Of a DNA stretch of 64,000 bases, positions 16,244-30,842 are shown in pieces. Position numbers and translations under genes: made by a program. The first letter of the stretch is position 1, and each line of letters starts with the position of its first letter. The notes beneath the pieces were generated by a model that was not told where the DNA came from, made no database searches, and saw only the letters and a program-made list of their open reading frames with translations. Location of the stretch: positions 11,904,001-11,968,000 of the forward strand of contig OX597831.1 in NCBI GenBank assembly GCA_951406725.2, given 5' to 3'. This stretch comes from Octopus vulgaris (Eukaryota).

Positions 16244-16602
16244 AGCGTGGCTGTGAGGTAAGACATTTGCTTCCTGGCTATACGTTCCAGGTTCAGTCCC
16301 ACTGCGTAGCACCTTGGGCAAGTGTCTTCTACTATAGCTTCAGATCGACCAAAGGTTTGTGAGTGGATCTGGTAGACGGAAACTGAAAGAAGCCCGTCGT
16401 ATGTATATGTGTATGTGTGTCTGTGTTTGTACCCCCCACCATAGCTTGACAACCGATGTTGGTGCGTTTGCGTCCCTGTAACTTAGCGGTTCGGCAAAAG
16501 AGACTGATAGAATAAGTACTAGGCTTACAAAGAATACGTCCTGGGGTTGATTTGTTCGGCTAAAACCCTTTAAGGCAGTGCTCCAGCATGGCCGCAGTCA
16601 AA
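16244..16602 (+). mobile_element. CORE-type SINE (OR1/OR2-like)
   Basis: Head, B-box GGTTCAGTCCC, CCTTGGGCAAGTGTCTT, internal GT microsatellite, GTGCTCCAGCATGGCCGCAGTC tail. Confidence 0.88.
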
Positions 16603-17289
16603 ATTTAGTAAGTAAAAACTGTCGCAAAATTTTTTAACGTTTCCCACATTACTCTCAACCCGAAGTTTTAGTTAACCCGAGGTGCTGCGCTGAAGAATTG
16701 AACCGAAAACCGTGTAATAGCAGCGTGAGGGTCTTAACCACTCCACGATGCCTACGTCCAGAAATTCATTATTTCAAATTATTCAGTCAGAACAGTAAAC
16801 TTACAAATAAGCTTATGACGATCCGTGTCTACTAAAAGAGATGCAGTTTCAATTCTCGGTTAACGAAATTTCACTTCATTTCTACGGCTAATACCTTTGG
16901 GAGAGGCATGTGAGTCACCACTTTCTAATTAGTTTTCCCTAAAAGTGTCAAATTTCATAATTGTCTCGACGCAAATGAAGTACGTCAGACCGGATGCTTT
17001 AGGGCATCTTCACAAGAACCTGCTATTTCTACGATCAAACTTTGCTGAGGTCGCACTAATGGATCCCTCTGGGAGTTGGTAAGTAAAAACTGTCGCAAAA
17101 TTATTCAAGTGGCATCAGTCGAGACCGATATTAATCTTGTCTTTGTAAAAACTATTTCGGACCTAATCCAGAAGGAATCATTTTCCTGATACGCTGTTGG
17201 CTATTCTACGTTTGTTTTCCATTGTTTATTTTTAGGAATGGAGCTTCTCTTTATTATTATCATCATCATTATTATTATTATTATTGTTA

Positions 17290-17345
<56 letters not shown>

Positions 17346-17355
17346 GTTATTGTTA

Positions 17356-17418
<63 letters not shown>

Positions 17419-17419
<1 letters not shown>

Positions 17420-17595
17420 GACGGTGGGCTGGCAGAATCGTTAGCGCGCTGGACGAAATGCTTAGCGGTAATATTTCGCCCGTCACTACGGTTCTGAGTT
17501 CAAATACCACCGAGATCGACTTTGCGTTTCATCCTTTCGAGGTCGATAAATTAAGTATCAGTTTTAATCAACTTTTCCCCTCCCCAAAAATTACT
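17419..17595 (+). mobile_element. Meta-domain-like SINE whose tail is interrupted by the inverted-repeat A arm
   Basis: GGCTGGCAGAATCGTTAGC head, GAGTTCAAATACC, TTTCATCCTTTCGAGGTCGATAAATTAAGTA; tail resumes as TTTGAAACC(ATT)n at about 17824. Confidence 0.85.
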
Positions 17596-17826
17596 GCCCG
17601 AGAGAAATTATGAACCTTCAGATTTTGGAATGGGAGACCCTGATGGCGCATTAAGACGGAACTAAAGAGTGAGGGAGAAAGGAAGGAAGTGAAGGAACGA
17701 ACGAGAGAGAGAGAGAGAGAGAGAGAGGGGGGAAAGAGAGAGAGAGAAAGAGAGAGAGAGAAAGAGAAAGAGTGAGTAATGTGAAATTTGTATGTGGAAT
17801 AGCCACTTACACGTTAATTCAGTTTT
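17595..17826. repeat. Right arm of inverted repeat A
   Basis: Reverse complement of 7020-7294. Confidence 0.92.
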
Positions 17827-17831
17827 GAAAC

Positions 17832-17906
<75 letters not shown>

Positions 17907-18597
17907 TTTCCTAGTAGTATATATCCAGAAAACTTCATACTTCTATTTTAAGGTGTAATTTAGAACTTAATCTGAGGAAATTTGGTTACAAATTCTTGCA
18001 AAAGGAACGACCACGGATCACTCTTTCGTTGGATTACTAACTTAGACAGACAAACAGACAAGTAGATAGATAGACAGACAGACAGACAGTCAGATCGATA
18101 TGTAGGTATCCAATATTTCTGGCATTGATTGTTTGATTGAATGTCTGTTCTCGTTGTTGCTAGAATGATGGGTTCGTTAGAGCGTCGGGCAAAACACCTT
18201 ACGGCTCTTTACGTTCTGAGTTCAAATGTCGCCGAAGTCATCTCTGCTTTTCATCCTTTTGGGGTTGATAAAATAAAGTACCTAAACTGAAAGTTAGGGA
18301 TATCGACGAGCCCCTCCCCTCAAAACATTTGACCTTACGCCTATATTCGAAGTTATCAATTTGGTTATTGCTGCTGCTGTTTTTGTTCCGTACCAGATCA
18401 ACCCAGAGTTGGCAGACCTGTGACCAAAAGTACTCCAGCTGGGCCTGTCTTGTTTGTTTTTGAATGTGCAAGACTATGATATCCAAAATGTCCTCCGTTT
18501 ATTTAAACCGGTTGAGTGTGACTTTGAGGGAGTTTCTGCTGCCATTTCTGGCACGGTCACAAAAACCAGATTCGGTATTGATTATGCGTGCGTACGA

Positions 18598-18662
<65 letters not shown>

Positions 18663-19970
18663 TGTGTGCGTGCGTGTTGTCACTAAGGCTCTCAGATTGT
18701 AGAGGAAGATATATATTCGATGCAATCGAAGTCCCCCGCATATGACTGGTTGCTAAACTTATTTTTCTGACACCTGTGAGTTTTAAAAGTTAAAATCGAT
18801 CCTGTCCAGATTTGATGAATACATAATATTAAGGGAGATAATTCAATATGCCTAATCATTTAGTGCGGCACTCCACCATTTTATGTTGATCTAACGCTTT
18901 CCTCCCATGGCCAACTATTGGATTCCCGACTCTACAAAATGTCTTCAATGTAGTTATTTCATCTACCAAAAAGCGTAACTAATTTCCCTCTAAAAACAAT
19001 CTTTCATGTCTCAACAAAATAAAAAATAAAAAATAACATATATTGGAGAAAGTACTTTAAGGCTACAAAAATTCAGGACGGTCTCAGATGGAGCGCTTTT
19101 TGATTATATATCTGCTCTGACAGGTTGACCTGAGGTTAACTAACTATAATTGATTTCTAAAATAAGTAATATGGCAAGCGCATTTTTGTAGGGGTGGAGT
19201 ACAGTTAATTAGATTGACCCTAGAACTTGACTGATATTTTATTTTATCGACCCCCGGGAAGAATGAAAGGCAGAGACGACTTCGGCGGAATTTGAACTCA
19301 GAACTAGAAGGGTCGTAACTAAATACGGCATGTCATTTAGTCCGGTTTCCTACTGTGTCTGTCACCCTTCAATGTTCTCCGTTTTCAATTATTAATAAGA
19401 CCCTGAGAACGGGATAGGACAGAGAGAGAGAAAGAGAGAGAGACAGAGAGAGAGAGAGAGTAAGAGAGAGAGAGAGAGAGAGTAAGAGAGAGGTGTTGAA
19501 GGCAGTGAAAGAGGAAGACGAGGAATAAAAAAAAAGATGGAAGAAAAGAGCAAATGCCCGGATGTTGACGACGTGAAAACAGGTGACGTCACGATATCGC
19601 ACTTCTCACCAATTTCCCCTCCCCTCCTACCCCTCTTTTACTTCATTGTCATCCATTTCCTTCAGCTAAACAGTGGCGCCCCCTTGCAGAGTAAGATAAA
19701 AAAAATTATAAAAAATACAATGCAATACCAAAAAAAAAAAAAGACGGGGGAAAAAAGGAAAAAAAAAAAAAACAAAACAACTGTCGGCTTTATTAAAACA
19801 AAAAGACCTGCAATATTGATAGGGTTTCCCATATATTAATCAGGCCCCAGCAAATTAGGGTGTCACCCCTCCTCCTCCTCCAACAAATTAGGGTGTCACC
19901 CCCGACACCACCCCTATTCCCTCCAATTTCCCAAGTTTTACTAAAGAACGTCAACGTCTTCGATCGGTTC

Positions 19971-20019
<49 letters not shown>

Positions 20020-20209
20020 GTATGAGTGTTTGTGTGTGTTTATATGTTTATATGTTTGTGCATGTGTCTGTGTGCGTTTGTGTATGTGCATGTATGTGTG
20101 TGTATGTGTGTTTGTGTTTTTTCTATATGGCTGTGCATGTATTTTTGTGTTTGTGCATGTGTGTGTATGGCTCTGTGTGTGTGCGTTTGTGTGTGAGCGT
20201 GTGCTGCAT

Positions 20210-20263
<54 letters not shown>

Positions 20264-20933
20264 TTGTGTGTGTGTATGTGTATTAGTGTGTGTATATGTG
20301 TTTTCTATATGGCTGTGCATGTATTTTTGTGTTTGTGCATGCGTGTGTATGGTTGTATGTGTGTGCGCGTGTGTGTGTGAGCGTGTGTTGCATGAGAGTG
20401 TGTGTGTGTATGTGTGTGCATTTATGCGTGTGTATATTATTCTACATGTTTGCGTGTATATTTGTATTTCTGTGTTCATTCATTTGTCTTTGTGTGTGTG
20501 TGTGATGCTTTTGTATGCGTTTGTGTTTTTGTGTGTGCGCGTGAGTGTGTGTATGTGTGCGTTTGTATCGTATTCCTTGTGTTTGTGTGCGTGTAATTGT
20601 CCGTGTGTGTGTGTATGTGTGCATTTGTGTGTATGTGTGTCTGTTTATTTATATGCGTTTGTGTGTATGCCTTTGTACATGTGTCTGTGTTTTAGATTAT
20701 TGCGTGTGTTTCTGTGTGTGTATGTATCTGTTTGTGATTTATGTATGTATTTGTGTGTGTGTCTATGCTCTGTCTGTGTACGCCTGTATCCATCTGTGTG
20801 AAAAATAAATCTACCACTCAACAATACTCAAACACTTAAACAGTTCCCCCTCTCTCCCTCTCTCCCCCTCTCTCTCTCTCTCTCTCCCTCTCTTCCACTC
20901 TGATATACATACACACACACACGCACATATACA

Positions 20934-21041
<108 letters not shown>

Positions 21042-21343
21042 GTGCTAAGGACGCCTTTTGGGGCAGAAAGAAGTCCACGATCGTCTTATCTTCAGAGAAC
21101 AAGCCTACCCCTTTCCTTAACGACATGTGAACTTTGGAGAATTCTTGAATCTTGAGATTGTCTCCCCTTCTCCTATGATGTTGGTCTCGATTGTCATTTG
21201 ATAATCGTGACACATCGGCAAATGTCGGAGATTATCTTAATGAACCAAGAATTTATGTTGTATGGTGTTTATTATATCTATATTTATCTCTCTCTATCTC
21301 TCTCTCTCACTCTTTCTCTTCGTTTCTATCAATATTTAGAGAG

Positions 21344-21409
<66 letters not shown>

Positions 21410-21452
21410 GGAGAGAGATAGGGAGAGAGAGAGAGACAGATAGATAGATAAT

Positions 21453-21560
<108 letters not shown>

Positions 21561-22454
21561 GGACGGGCTGCCACACAATTCCCATCAAGCAAATTTGTTC
21601 ACAAGTCTTTGATCAGCGGTTAGAGAAGATGCTCACCCAATGGTGCTTTGTGAGTGGATTTGGTAGATAGAAACTGAAAAGAAGCCCGTCGTGTGCTTGC
21701 ATGTTTGTGTGTGTGTGTATATAAGTGTGTGTGCGTGCGTATGTGTCTGTCTATGTCTGTGTTTGTCCCCCACCACCGCTTGACAACCGGTGTTGGTCTG
21801 CTTACGTTCCCGTAATATATCAGTTCGGCAAAAAGAGACCGATAGAATAAGGACGAGGCTTTAAAAGAAATTAAATCCTGGCATCGATTCGTTCGACAAA
21901 AAAATTCTTCAAGGAGGTGCCCCAGCCTGGCCGCAGTCTAATGACAGTAAAGCAAGTAAAAGATAAAAGAAAAAAAATCTCCACCAATCACAAACAAGAA
22001 AGCCTTTACTCGGTCGGTCGATCTGCGAGAAATAGCAGTCAAATCGCTCTCAGATCACTAATAACTTTTTAAACAAAACACGTTTAATAACGTGATTCTG
22101 ATTTCCCTGCACAAAACAAAAACGTGGGATGGTCACGGCTGGATTGTATTGAAGTATAAGATCTACTAATTAGGTGTGGACCGTGGCCTTAACAGAAACT
22201 ACAGAGAAAATCATCACGTGGTCTTTGAGCCTTCTAGAAATCTCTAGCGCAACTTGCGTGTGGGCCGCCCCTGAGCCCCTACAAAAAGTGCATACTGTCT
22301 ACTGCAGACCCGAAAATGGTGCCACCCCCATAAAAGGGATCTCCTCCTTCCACCATCAACCCCTCTCGCTAGTGCTAGAAATAGCAGCGAATTACCGTGA
22401 AATCAACTCGAACAATGAAGGATACTTTGTGTGACTGCTTCTGAAATATAACAC

Positions 22455-22808
22455 ACGGCTGTGTGGTAAGTAACTTGCTTACCAACCACAGGGTTCCGGG
22501 TTCAGTCCCATTGCATGGCACCTTGGGCAAGTGTCTTCTACTATAGCGTTGAGCCGACCAAAGCCTTGTGAGTGGATTTGGTAGGCAGAAACTGAAAGTA
22601 GCCCGTCGTATCTATATATAGGAGTGGCTGTGTGGTAAGTAGCTTGCTAACCACCGATGCTGGTGTGTTTACGTCCCCGTCACATAGCGGTTCGGCAAAA
22701 GAGACCGATAGAATAAGTACTGGGCTTACAGGGGTCGATTTGCTCGACTAAAAGGCAGTGCTCCAGCATGGCCGCAGTCAAATGACTGAAACAAGTAAAA
22801 GAGTAAAA

Positions 22809-22839
<31 letters not shown>

Positions 22840-23105
22840 CGTATGTATGTATGTATGTATGTATGTATGTATGTTTGTATGTATGTGTGTGTATATGTTT
22901 GTGTGTCTGTTTGTCCCCCCCAAATCGCTTGACAACCGTTGATGGTGTGCTTACGTCCCTGTAACTTAGCGGTTCGGCAAAAGACACCGATAGAATAAGT
23001 ACTAGGCTTCCAAAGAATAAATCCTGGGGTCGATTTGCTCGGCTAAGGGTGGTGCTCCAGCATGGCCACAGTCAAATGACTGAAACAAGTAAAAGAGTAA
23101 AAGAG
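22455..23105 (+). mobile_element. Composite of CORE-type SINE copies (head, deleted copy, 3' half)
   Basis: Family motifs as above, tails ending GAAACAAGTAAAAGAGTAAAAGA. Confidence 0.85.
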
Positions 23106-23439
23106 GGCTTCGAGTTTGAGATAGAGGTCGTCTGTCGTTTATATCGACACCAGTACACGACTGGTATCTCATTTTATTGAGGCCCGGAAAGATTAAAGGC
23201 AGAGCTGACCTCGATATCATTTGAACACGGAGCGTAAAAGACGGTGACTAAGAATCGACAAGCAATTTTTCCAAGGTTCTAACGACTCAGCCAGCGATTC
23301 TCATCCCCGTTTGGAAGTTCTGCGATGATGGAGTCGGAAATTGGCAAAACAGGATGGCATGGTCATCGATGGAACGTCTTTGATCATGTATCTGTTTTTT
23401 CTCAGTCAGAGCCGACCTGACCCTAAGATAACAGCATCA

Positions 23440-23604
23440 ACGACCATCACCACAATTACCATTATCATCATCACCACCACTATGACCATCACCATCATCA
23501 TCATCATCATCATCATCGTCGTCGTCGTCGTCACCATTAGCATCATCATCATCATCATCATCTTCATCACCGTCATCATCATCATCATCGCCATCATCGT
23601 CATC

Positions 23605-23643
<39 letters not shown>

Positions 23644-23991
23644 GCCATCATCGTCATCATCATCACTACCACCATCATCATCATCATCACTATCGTCATC
23701 GTCATCATCATCATCATCATCATCTCATCCTCATCACCATCATCATCGTCATCGTCATCATCACCACCACCACCACCACCATCATCATTATCATCTTCAT
23801 CGTTGTCGTCATTGTCATCATCATCACCACCATCATCATCTTCAAATTACCTTCCCCTATCCTCACATCGACAATCGGAATTAATAAACTACTTCCTTCC
23901 TTCCTTCCTTCCTTCCTTTATTTTCTCCTTCTAAGACTTTCGTCCACTTCTTAGGAACGAATGAGTATATCGCTATTATCGTTACCATCAC

Positions 23992-24063
<72 letters not shown>

Positions 24064-24079
24064 GGTGGTGGTGGTGGTG

Positions 24080-24134
<55 letters not shown>

Positions 24135-24372
24135 CAGCAGTAGTTATGTTGGTGTTATTTTGCCGGGAAATGAACTAATGGTAAAGTTAAGACATCCTCG
24201 CTACCATCACCCCCACTACCACCACTACCATCATCGCCTCCACCACCTCCACTACCACCACCACCTACACTACCACCTCCACCACCACCACCACCACTAC
24301 CACCACCACCACCACTACCACCACCACCTCCACTACCACCACCACCTCCACTACCACCACCACCACCACCAC
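23440..24372. repeat. (CAT)n, (TAG)n, (TGG)n and (CAC)n trinucleotide arrays
   Basis: Directly visible. Confidence 0.93.
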
Positions 24373-25105
24373 AGCCATCAGCTGATGACTTTTTGTGGTA
24401 AGATAAACAAACCAGCAAAAAAAGAGATTGGTAAAATGTAAAAAAAAATGCCAGAAGCATGCTGAGGACGAGATGTAGATTAGAACCATCGACCTTTTCC
24501 TTTAACCTTTCAGTTTCCAATCGACATCGGAACCTTCTTGTGTTCCTCATTTACCAAAAGCGAGATCATAGTTCTGCATATATTCGGTGCAGGAGCGGTG
24601 GCGGCGGTGGTGGTGATGGTGATGGTGATGGTGATAGTAGTAGTGGTAGTGGTGGTGGTGGTGGTGGTGGTGGTGGTGGTGGTGGTGGTGGTGGTGGTGG
24701 TATTGGTGGTGGTTGTGGTGGTGATGTCGGTGTGTATTTTTCTCTGCAGTGTATATTTGATAGGCAAGGGAGAGCACTCAGTAATCTGTTGACCGGTTAA
24801 AAGTACACCAGGGTTTCCTGATGAGTTTTGCCGAGAACGCTTTCGTTTTTTTTTTTTCTTTTCTTTTCTTTTCATTATTTCTTTCATTCTTTTTCTTGCT
24901 GTTGATACTGGTCGTCCGTGTGTGTGTCTGTGTGTGTGAATGTGTATGCGTATGCGTATGCGTGTGTCTGTGTTTGTATGGGGGAGTGTGTGTGTATGTG
25001 TGTGTGTGTGTGCTTGTTTCGTGTTCGACCTTTTCTTTTTTCGCCGTCCTTGTTTAATTTCGTTATTAATATTATTGTTCTCATTGCTATCACTTGTTGT
25101 TGTTG

Positions 25106-25137
<32 letters not shown>

Positions 25138-25407
25138 GGTGGTGGTGGTGGTGGTGGTGGTGGTGGTGGTGGTGGTGGTGGTGGCGATGGTTTGGAAGAC
25201 TGATAAGTAAATTTGCATGTGTATATATGATAAATGCATACAGGCGCACGAGTTGCTGTGTGGTAAGTAGTTTGTTTCCCAAATACATGGTTCCAGGTTC
25301 AGTCCCATGTGTGACATCTTGGGCAAGTGTTTTCTACTATACCCTCGGGCCGACCAAAGCCTTGTGAGTGAATTTGTTTAAACGGAAACTGAAAAAAGCT
25401 CGTCCTG

Positions 25408-25438
<31 letters not shown>

Positions 25439-25504
25439 AATTCTGGCGTAATAAGATAAAAAAAACCAAGGTTGTATAGATATTAGAGCAATTATAGATA
25501 GAAG

Positions 25505-25558
25505 GTCTTACAGCTGTTTCTAGGATATTAATTTATATAATATCCCTTCATCGAAGAC
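25505..25558 (-). ncRNA. Minimal type I hammerhead motif, degenerate core
   Basis: Minus: GTCT-TCGATGA-A-GGGATATTA-loop-TAATATCCT-A-GAAA-CAGCTG-TA-AGAC; helix I GTCT/AGAC, 9-bp helix II, palindromic helix III; core CU>UC. Confidence 0.65.
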
Positions 25559-26402
25559 GGTGTGAGAGGAAAAGTTAAGTCATGGTTAGTTTCGATGTGA
25601 TACAAAATGGAGAGTGAGGTGGAGGAAAGAAAATAGATGCAAGATATGTATGGGTATTGAATTTGTAAATCCGTTTTATAGGCATAATGGTATATATGTG
25701 TATTATTCCAATATCCTTTGAGTAAAGTCCAAATGTCCAACAGAGTTTAAAATGAGTCCATCCAAATATAGAGTTTATAAGCAATATAAGAACCCCTTAT
25801 GAGTGAGATCTAGCAGATTTTTAAACTTGGTCATTCCCAGAAGAGAATTTATATACAGTGTTGCAGAGTCAAAGATTTGTATTTAAAGTGACCTAAAATA
25901 GGGAGTGTATTAGTAAGGTCAAATTGAAAACAGGAAGAGAGGAATGAAAGAAAGAGAAAAAGAAAGGAAGAGAAAAAGAGGAGAGAAAGAAAAAATGGGA
26001 GAGAAAGGAGAGACGAAGAAAGTAAGAAGATTAGTAAAATAATAAAATAATTTGTTGCTATTATTATTATTATTATCATTATTATCATTATTATTATTAT
26101 TATATATTTGTAGATGGGTCTATAATCCAAGCGGTGTCCTTATAAAACAAATCTGCATTCCAGTTCTCCAAAATATATTTGTAGATATTATATATTATAT
26201 CGGAGTTAAAATACAGGAAAATACTGTAAAAAAATACAAAAACTGGAAAATAATTCGTTGCAGAGAAATTTTATATCAAAAGAGAAGACGGGAAAATTTT
26301 TTTCGGTATTACATATTCCTCATTACATACGTTTCATTCCCTAATAGGAATTCCAGAGATGTGCCTGTAATTAAAAAAAACATGTAAAATATTTATTAGC
26401 AT

Positions 26403-26443
<41 letters not shown>

Positions 26444-26807
26444 TAAACTTATATGCGCGCGCACTCAGAAACCATCCCCACGACCCCTCTCTCCCACAAT
26501 TTTACCTCAATCTACCCTTCCACTTCCCCCTATCACAACCCCCTCCTCACCGCCAACATCACAATAATCTTGTGTTTGACTATGCTTCATTGTGTTGACA
26601 GTTTCCTTTAAACAGATAAAGTATCAACGCTAAAGAATTTAGCGACTGAAAAGTTTGGTTGGAAAAGTTGGAGGGAGTGGTGACGATGGCGGGGGCATCA
26701 TGGCGGATGCATTTCGGGGTTTTGTTTTGTTGTTAGTGTTTACCAAAACGTTAAGATTATCGGATACGTTGCCGCTGTTGTTATTGTTGTTGTTGTTGTT
26801 GTTGTTG

Positions 26808-26888
<81 letters not shown>

Positions 26889-27185
26889 AGTGCTGTTGGT
26901 GCTGGTTGTTTGAGATTGTTGAGAATGTTGAAACGTTGCTGTTACTGCTGCTGCTGCTGATGATGATGATGATTATGATGGTGATAATGATGATGACAAC
27001 GAAGAGAATAATGATGAGGATGATGATGATGATAAAGAGGAGAAGGAGGAGGAGGTTTAACTCCAGGTCAACTTTGGTTTCGGCAATCTATTTATAAACG
27101 CTTGTAATCATGACTTGTCTGTTGTGTTAATCATGTTTATCAGCTTAGCTCCTATATATACATACATACATATATATATACATAC

Positions 27186-27265
<80 letters not shown>

Positions 27266-27267
<2 letters not shown>

Positions 27268-27462
27268 GGAGAGTTTACGAAAACAACAAAAGACGAAGAG
27301 AAGACAGGTGTTGTACAAAACAAACAGATGTATTAGTATAACGCTCAGGAATAGAAAAAGTCTTTAACGTTTCGAACCTACGCTCTTCTACAGAAAAGAA
27401 CACAGAAAAAAAACAAGGAGAGAAAAAAACGTATGTAGTGGCTAACGATCTATCATGGCGAC
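27266..27462 (-). mobile_element. Short hammerhead-bearing Penelope-like non-autonomous repeat in (TA)n
   Basis: Same family at 37831-38046 and 49101-49210; minus-strand motif CTGTAGA-A-GAGC-GTAG-GTTC-GAAA-CG-TT-AAAG at 27362-27397. Confidence 0.65.
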
Positions 27463-27567
27463 TGTATATATATATATATATATATATACATGCATACATA
27501 CATATATAAATATATCATTAAAAAATGATGATATATATATACACACATACACACATACACACACACA

Positions 27568-27652
<85 letters not shown>

Positions 27653-27669
27653 TTATATATATGTGTGTT

Positions 27670-27870
27670 AATCGAAAACGGAGAAAAAGGACAAGAAAAA
27701 AAACAACAACAGCGTGAGGACGTGGTACATGCAAAGTATTAATAAGATGCTCAGGGAAGGAAAGAAAGGTGGCTTTACGTTTCGAGCAAAGCTCTTCTTC
27801 ATAACCAGGAGAGAACAGGAAGTCCAAAAGTGAAGGAAGACGGAGGGAAAAAAATCACCAACCATCCACA
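27670..27870 (-). mobile_element. Sister subfamily of the hammerhead-bearing short repeat
   Basis: Minus 27806-27771: GGTT-ATGAAGA-A-GAGC-TTT-GCTC-GAAA-CG-TA-AAGCC; shares GTATTA.TA...GCTCAGG with the 27266 family. Confidence 0.6.
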
Positions 27871-28054
27871 TAGAATGTGAGGGGTTTAGTTCACTGGAGA
27901 TCTAAACGAATCGGTACGCTGTGTAAGTGCTATAATTGGTTATCCGTCAGGTTCCAAGTTGCAAGCTTAGGCTGGAGCTAGGAATCAGCTGTAGGCTTAC
28001 AAGTTAACAGGTATACGTTAGAGGTAAAAAGAAAACAAAAACTAAAGCAGTATC

Positions 28055-28632
28055 TCAAGTCATTTAGAATATTTAATTAAAGTGAATTTGACGTAATTAA
28101 TTAATTAACTATCGGATATTTTACAGCTGTTTCTAGGGTAGCCCAAATGATAGGTTAGCATCTCCATGAGTGAGTATGTATAAAAAGTCCTAGACAGGGA
28201 ATTCACAGTTTATAATAGTTTTAATAATAGACAGAAGAATAAAAAGCAAAATAATAGAAGAATTCAAACAGGAGAATAAAGTTCGCAGCTCATCTTCTTT
28301 CAGAGGGCATGGAGGTTGGCCCGTACTTCCGTGAAGGTCCTTAAGTATTATACCAGGCAAATCCAGGCAGCATTTTGAATGTTACGTTCATTATCTGTAT
28401 TCTTCTATCGTTTTACTCTTCATTCTTCAGTCTACTATTTTGTTCTTTTATAAACTGTGAATTCCTTGCCGAGAACTCTCATACAATAGTCTCCTTGTCT
28501 CTGATGATGGAATACCCAGTGTATGGAGATGCTAACCTATCACTTGAGATATCACAGAAACAGCTGTAAGACAGCCAATAGTTAATTAATTATGTCAAAT
28601 TCACTTTAATTAAATATTCTAAATGACCTGAG
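28055..28632. mobile_element. Two diverged copies of a Penelope-like terminal repeat in inverted orientation
   Basis: 28055-28270 is the imperfect reverse complement of about 28390-28632 (TCATTTAGAATATTTAATTAAAGTGAATTTGAC / GTCAAATTCACTTTAATTAAATATTCTAAATGA; GGAATTCACAGTTTATAA / TTATAAACTGTGAATTCC). Confidence 0.75.
28496..28573 (+). ncRNA. Type I hammerhead ribozyme motif, intact core
   Basis: TGTCT-CTGATGA(28501-07)-extended imperfect helix II-GAAA(28557-60)-CAGCTG-TA-AGACA; perfect 5-bp helix I; predicted GUA cleavage after 28568. Confidence 0.8.
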
Positions 28633-29284
28633 GTCGACTTTGCCCTTCGGGGTCGATAAATTAAGTACCAGTTGCGTATTGAGGTCGATCTAATTGACTG
28701 TCCCCCTCCCCAAAAATTTCGAGCCTTGTGCTTAGAGTAGAAAAGGATATTTTCATCATTTGATTACACACTTGATCTTATTTTCAAATGAAGATATATA
28801 ATCCATATTTTTTTATTCTTTAACTTCAGCCATTGTACCGCGGCCATTCTGGGGCACCACCTTGAATGACTTAAGTCGATTTAATCGCGAGCGCCGGCAC
28901 TGATTTTAAGTCCTGTGGTTTATCCTATAATTTTATTTTTTGTGTATGGGAGACGTAAACAACCCAATACCGGTTGTCATCAACGATAAGAAACACACAC
29001 ACACATAAATACACACGACAGTGTCCGTCTTCCAAATTTACTCCCAAAACATTGATAGGGTCCCATAGTAGGACTGAACACTCAATGACGTGGTTGCAAA
29101 ACGAGCGTCATAACCACACACCCATGCTTAAACCTTTTATACAAACAAATTCATTAAAACCTAATTTTTTATTAACTTTGCTTATTGAAACGTTAAATGT
29201 CTCTGCGTGAAATTCTGTCTAAACACGTTTGATATTGTTCCGTCAATAAACGTCTGTCCGTTTTGATTTCTGTATTCACAACAA

Positions 29285-29528
29285 GGCGCAGGAGTGGCTG
29301 TGTGGTAGTGTTTTGGAAGACTGATAAGTAAATTTGCATGTGTATATATGATAAATGCACACAGGCGCACGAGTGGCTGTGTGGTAAGTAGCTTGCTAAC
29401 CAACCACATGGTTCCGGGTTCAGTCCCACTGCGTGGCATCTTGGGCAAGTGTCTTCTGCTATAGCCTCGGGCCGACCAATGCCTTGTGAGTGGATTTGGT
29501 AGACGGAAACTGAAAGAAGCCTGTCATA

Positions 29529-29583
<55 letters not shown>

Positions 29584-29800
29584 TTGTGTGTCTGTGTTTG
29601 TTCCCCTAGCATTGCTTGACAACCGATGCTGGTGTGTTTACTTCCCCGTCACTTAGCTGTTCGGCAAAAAAAAAGAGACCGATAGAATAAGTACTGGGCT
29701 TACAAAAAGAATAAGTCCCGGGGTCGAGTTGCTCGACTAAAAGGCGGTGCTCCAGCATGACCGCAGTCAAATGACTGAAACAAGTAAAAGAGTAAAAGAG
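29285..29800 (+). mobile_element. Near-intact CORE-type SINE with duplicated head and captured flank
   Basis: Full family sequence from 29364; an extra head at 29285 followed by sequence copied from 25191-25253. Confidence 0.9.
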
Positions 29801-30214
29801 TAAGTGTAGGAACAACACATGTTACGAAAAGGAACAAAAATGGATACGAAAAGAGTTTAAAGCAGGACACAAACAGTTTAAGATGTCCGTGGTTTTACAC
29901 GTCGTTCCTTTAACTGCGATGGTTTCAAGAGTTGTTTGTATTGGAAGCTGTCTGTTTATTGACGGGGGGGGAATAAAGGGTGGGGGTGGGGCTGATAAAT
30001 GGAAGTTTATTGTTGTTGTCTTTGTGAATGATTTTATTTTCTAGAAGGAAAAGTTGAGAGAAGGCAAACAGAATCTAAGAATCGAGATGGTGGTGGTGGG
30101 GGAGAATAAAGGTGAGCGGGGGGGGGGATGGAAGCAAGTCGTGACATAAATGAAATCGAGATCGAATGGAAGGAAAAATTTTGAGTTTAAGGGTGGTGTA
30201 GAACATAATGAGGT

Positions 30215-30650
<436 letters not shown>

Positions 30651-30792
30651 AGGCGGACAGATTTGTAGTTAGGTAGGTAGGTAGTACTAAAGAAATAAAG
30701 CAGAAGGCGGGTAGATACGAAAAAGATGATCATGAGTGTGTGTGTGTTGAAAAATTGACGGACAGTCAGATCAATAAATATATACATATTCG

Positions 30793-30834
<42 letters not shown>

Positions 30835-30842
<8 letters not shown>

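Noticed and set aside
21050-21240. Minus-strand EFSKVHMSLRK..LFSEDK resembling a Tc1/mariner FSDEK region
   Set aside because: Too degenerate, with no TIR or second motif
24817-24846. CTGATGAG...GAGAACGC hammerhead-like string
   Set aside because: No GAAA and no helices
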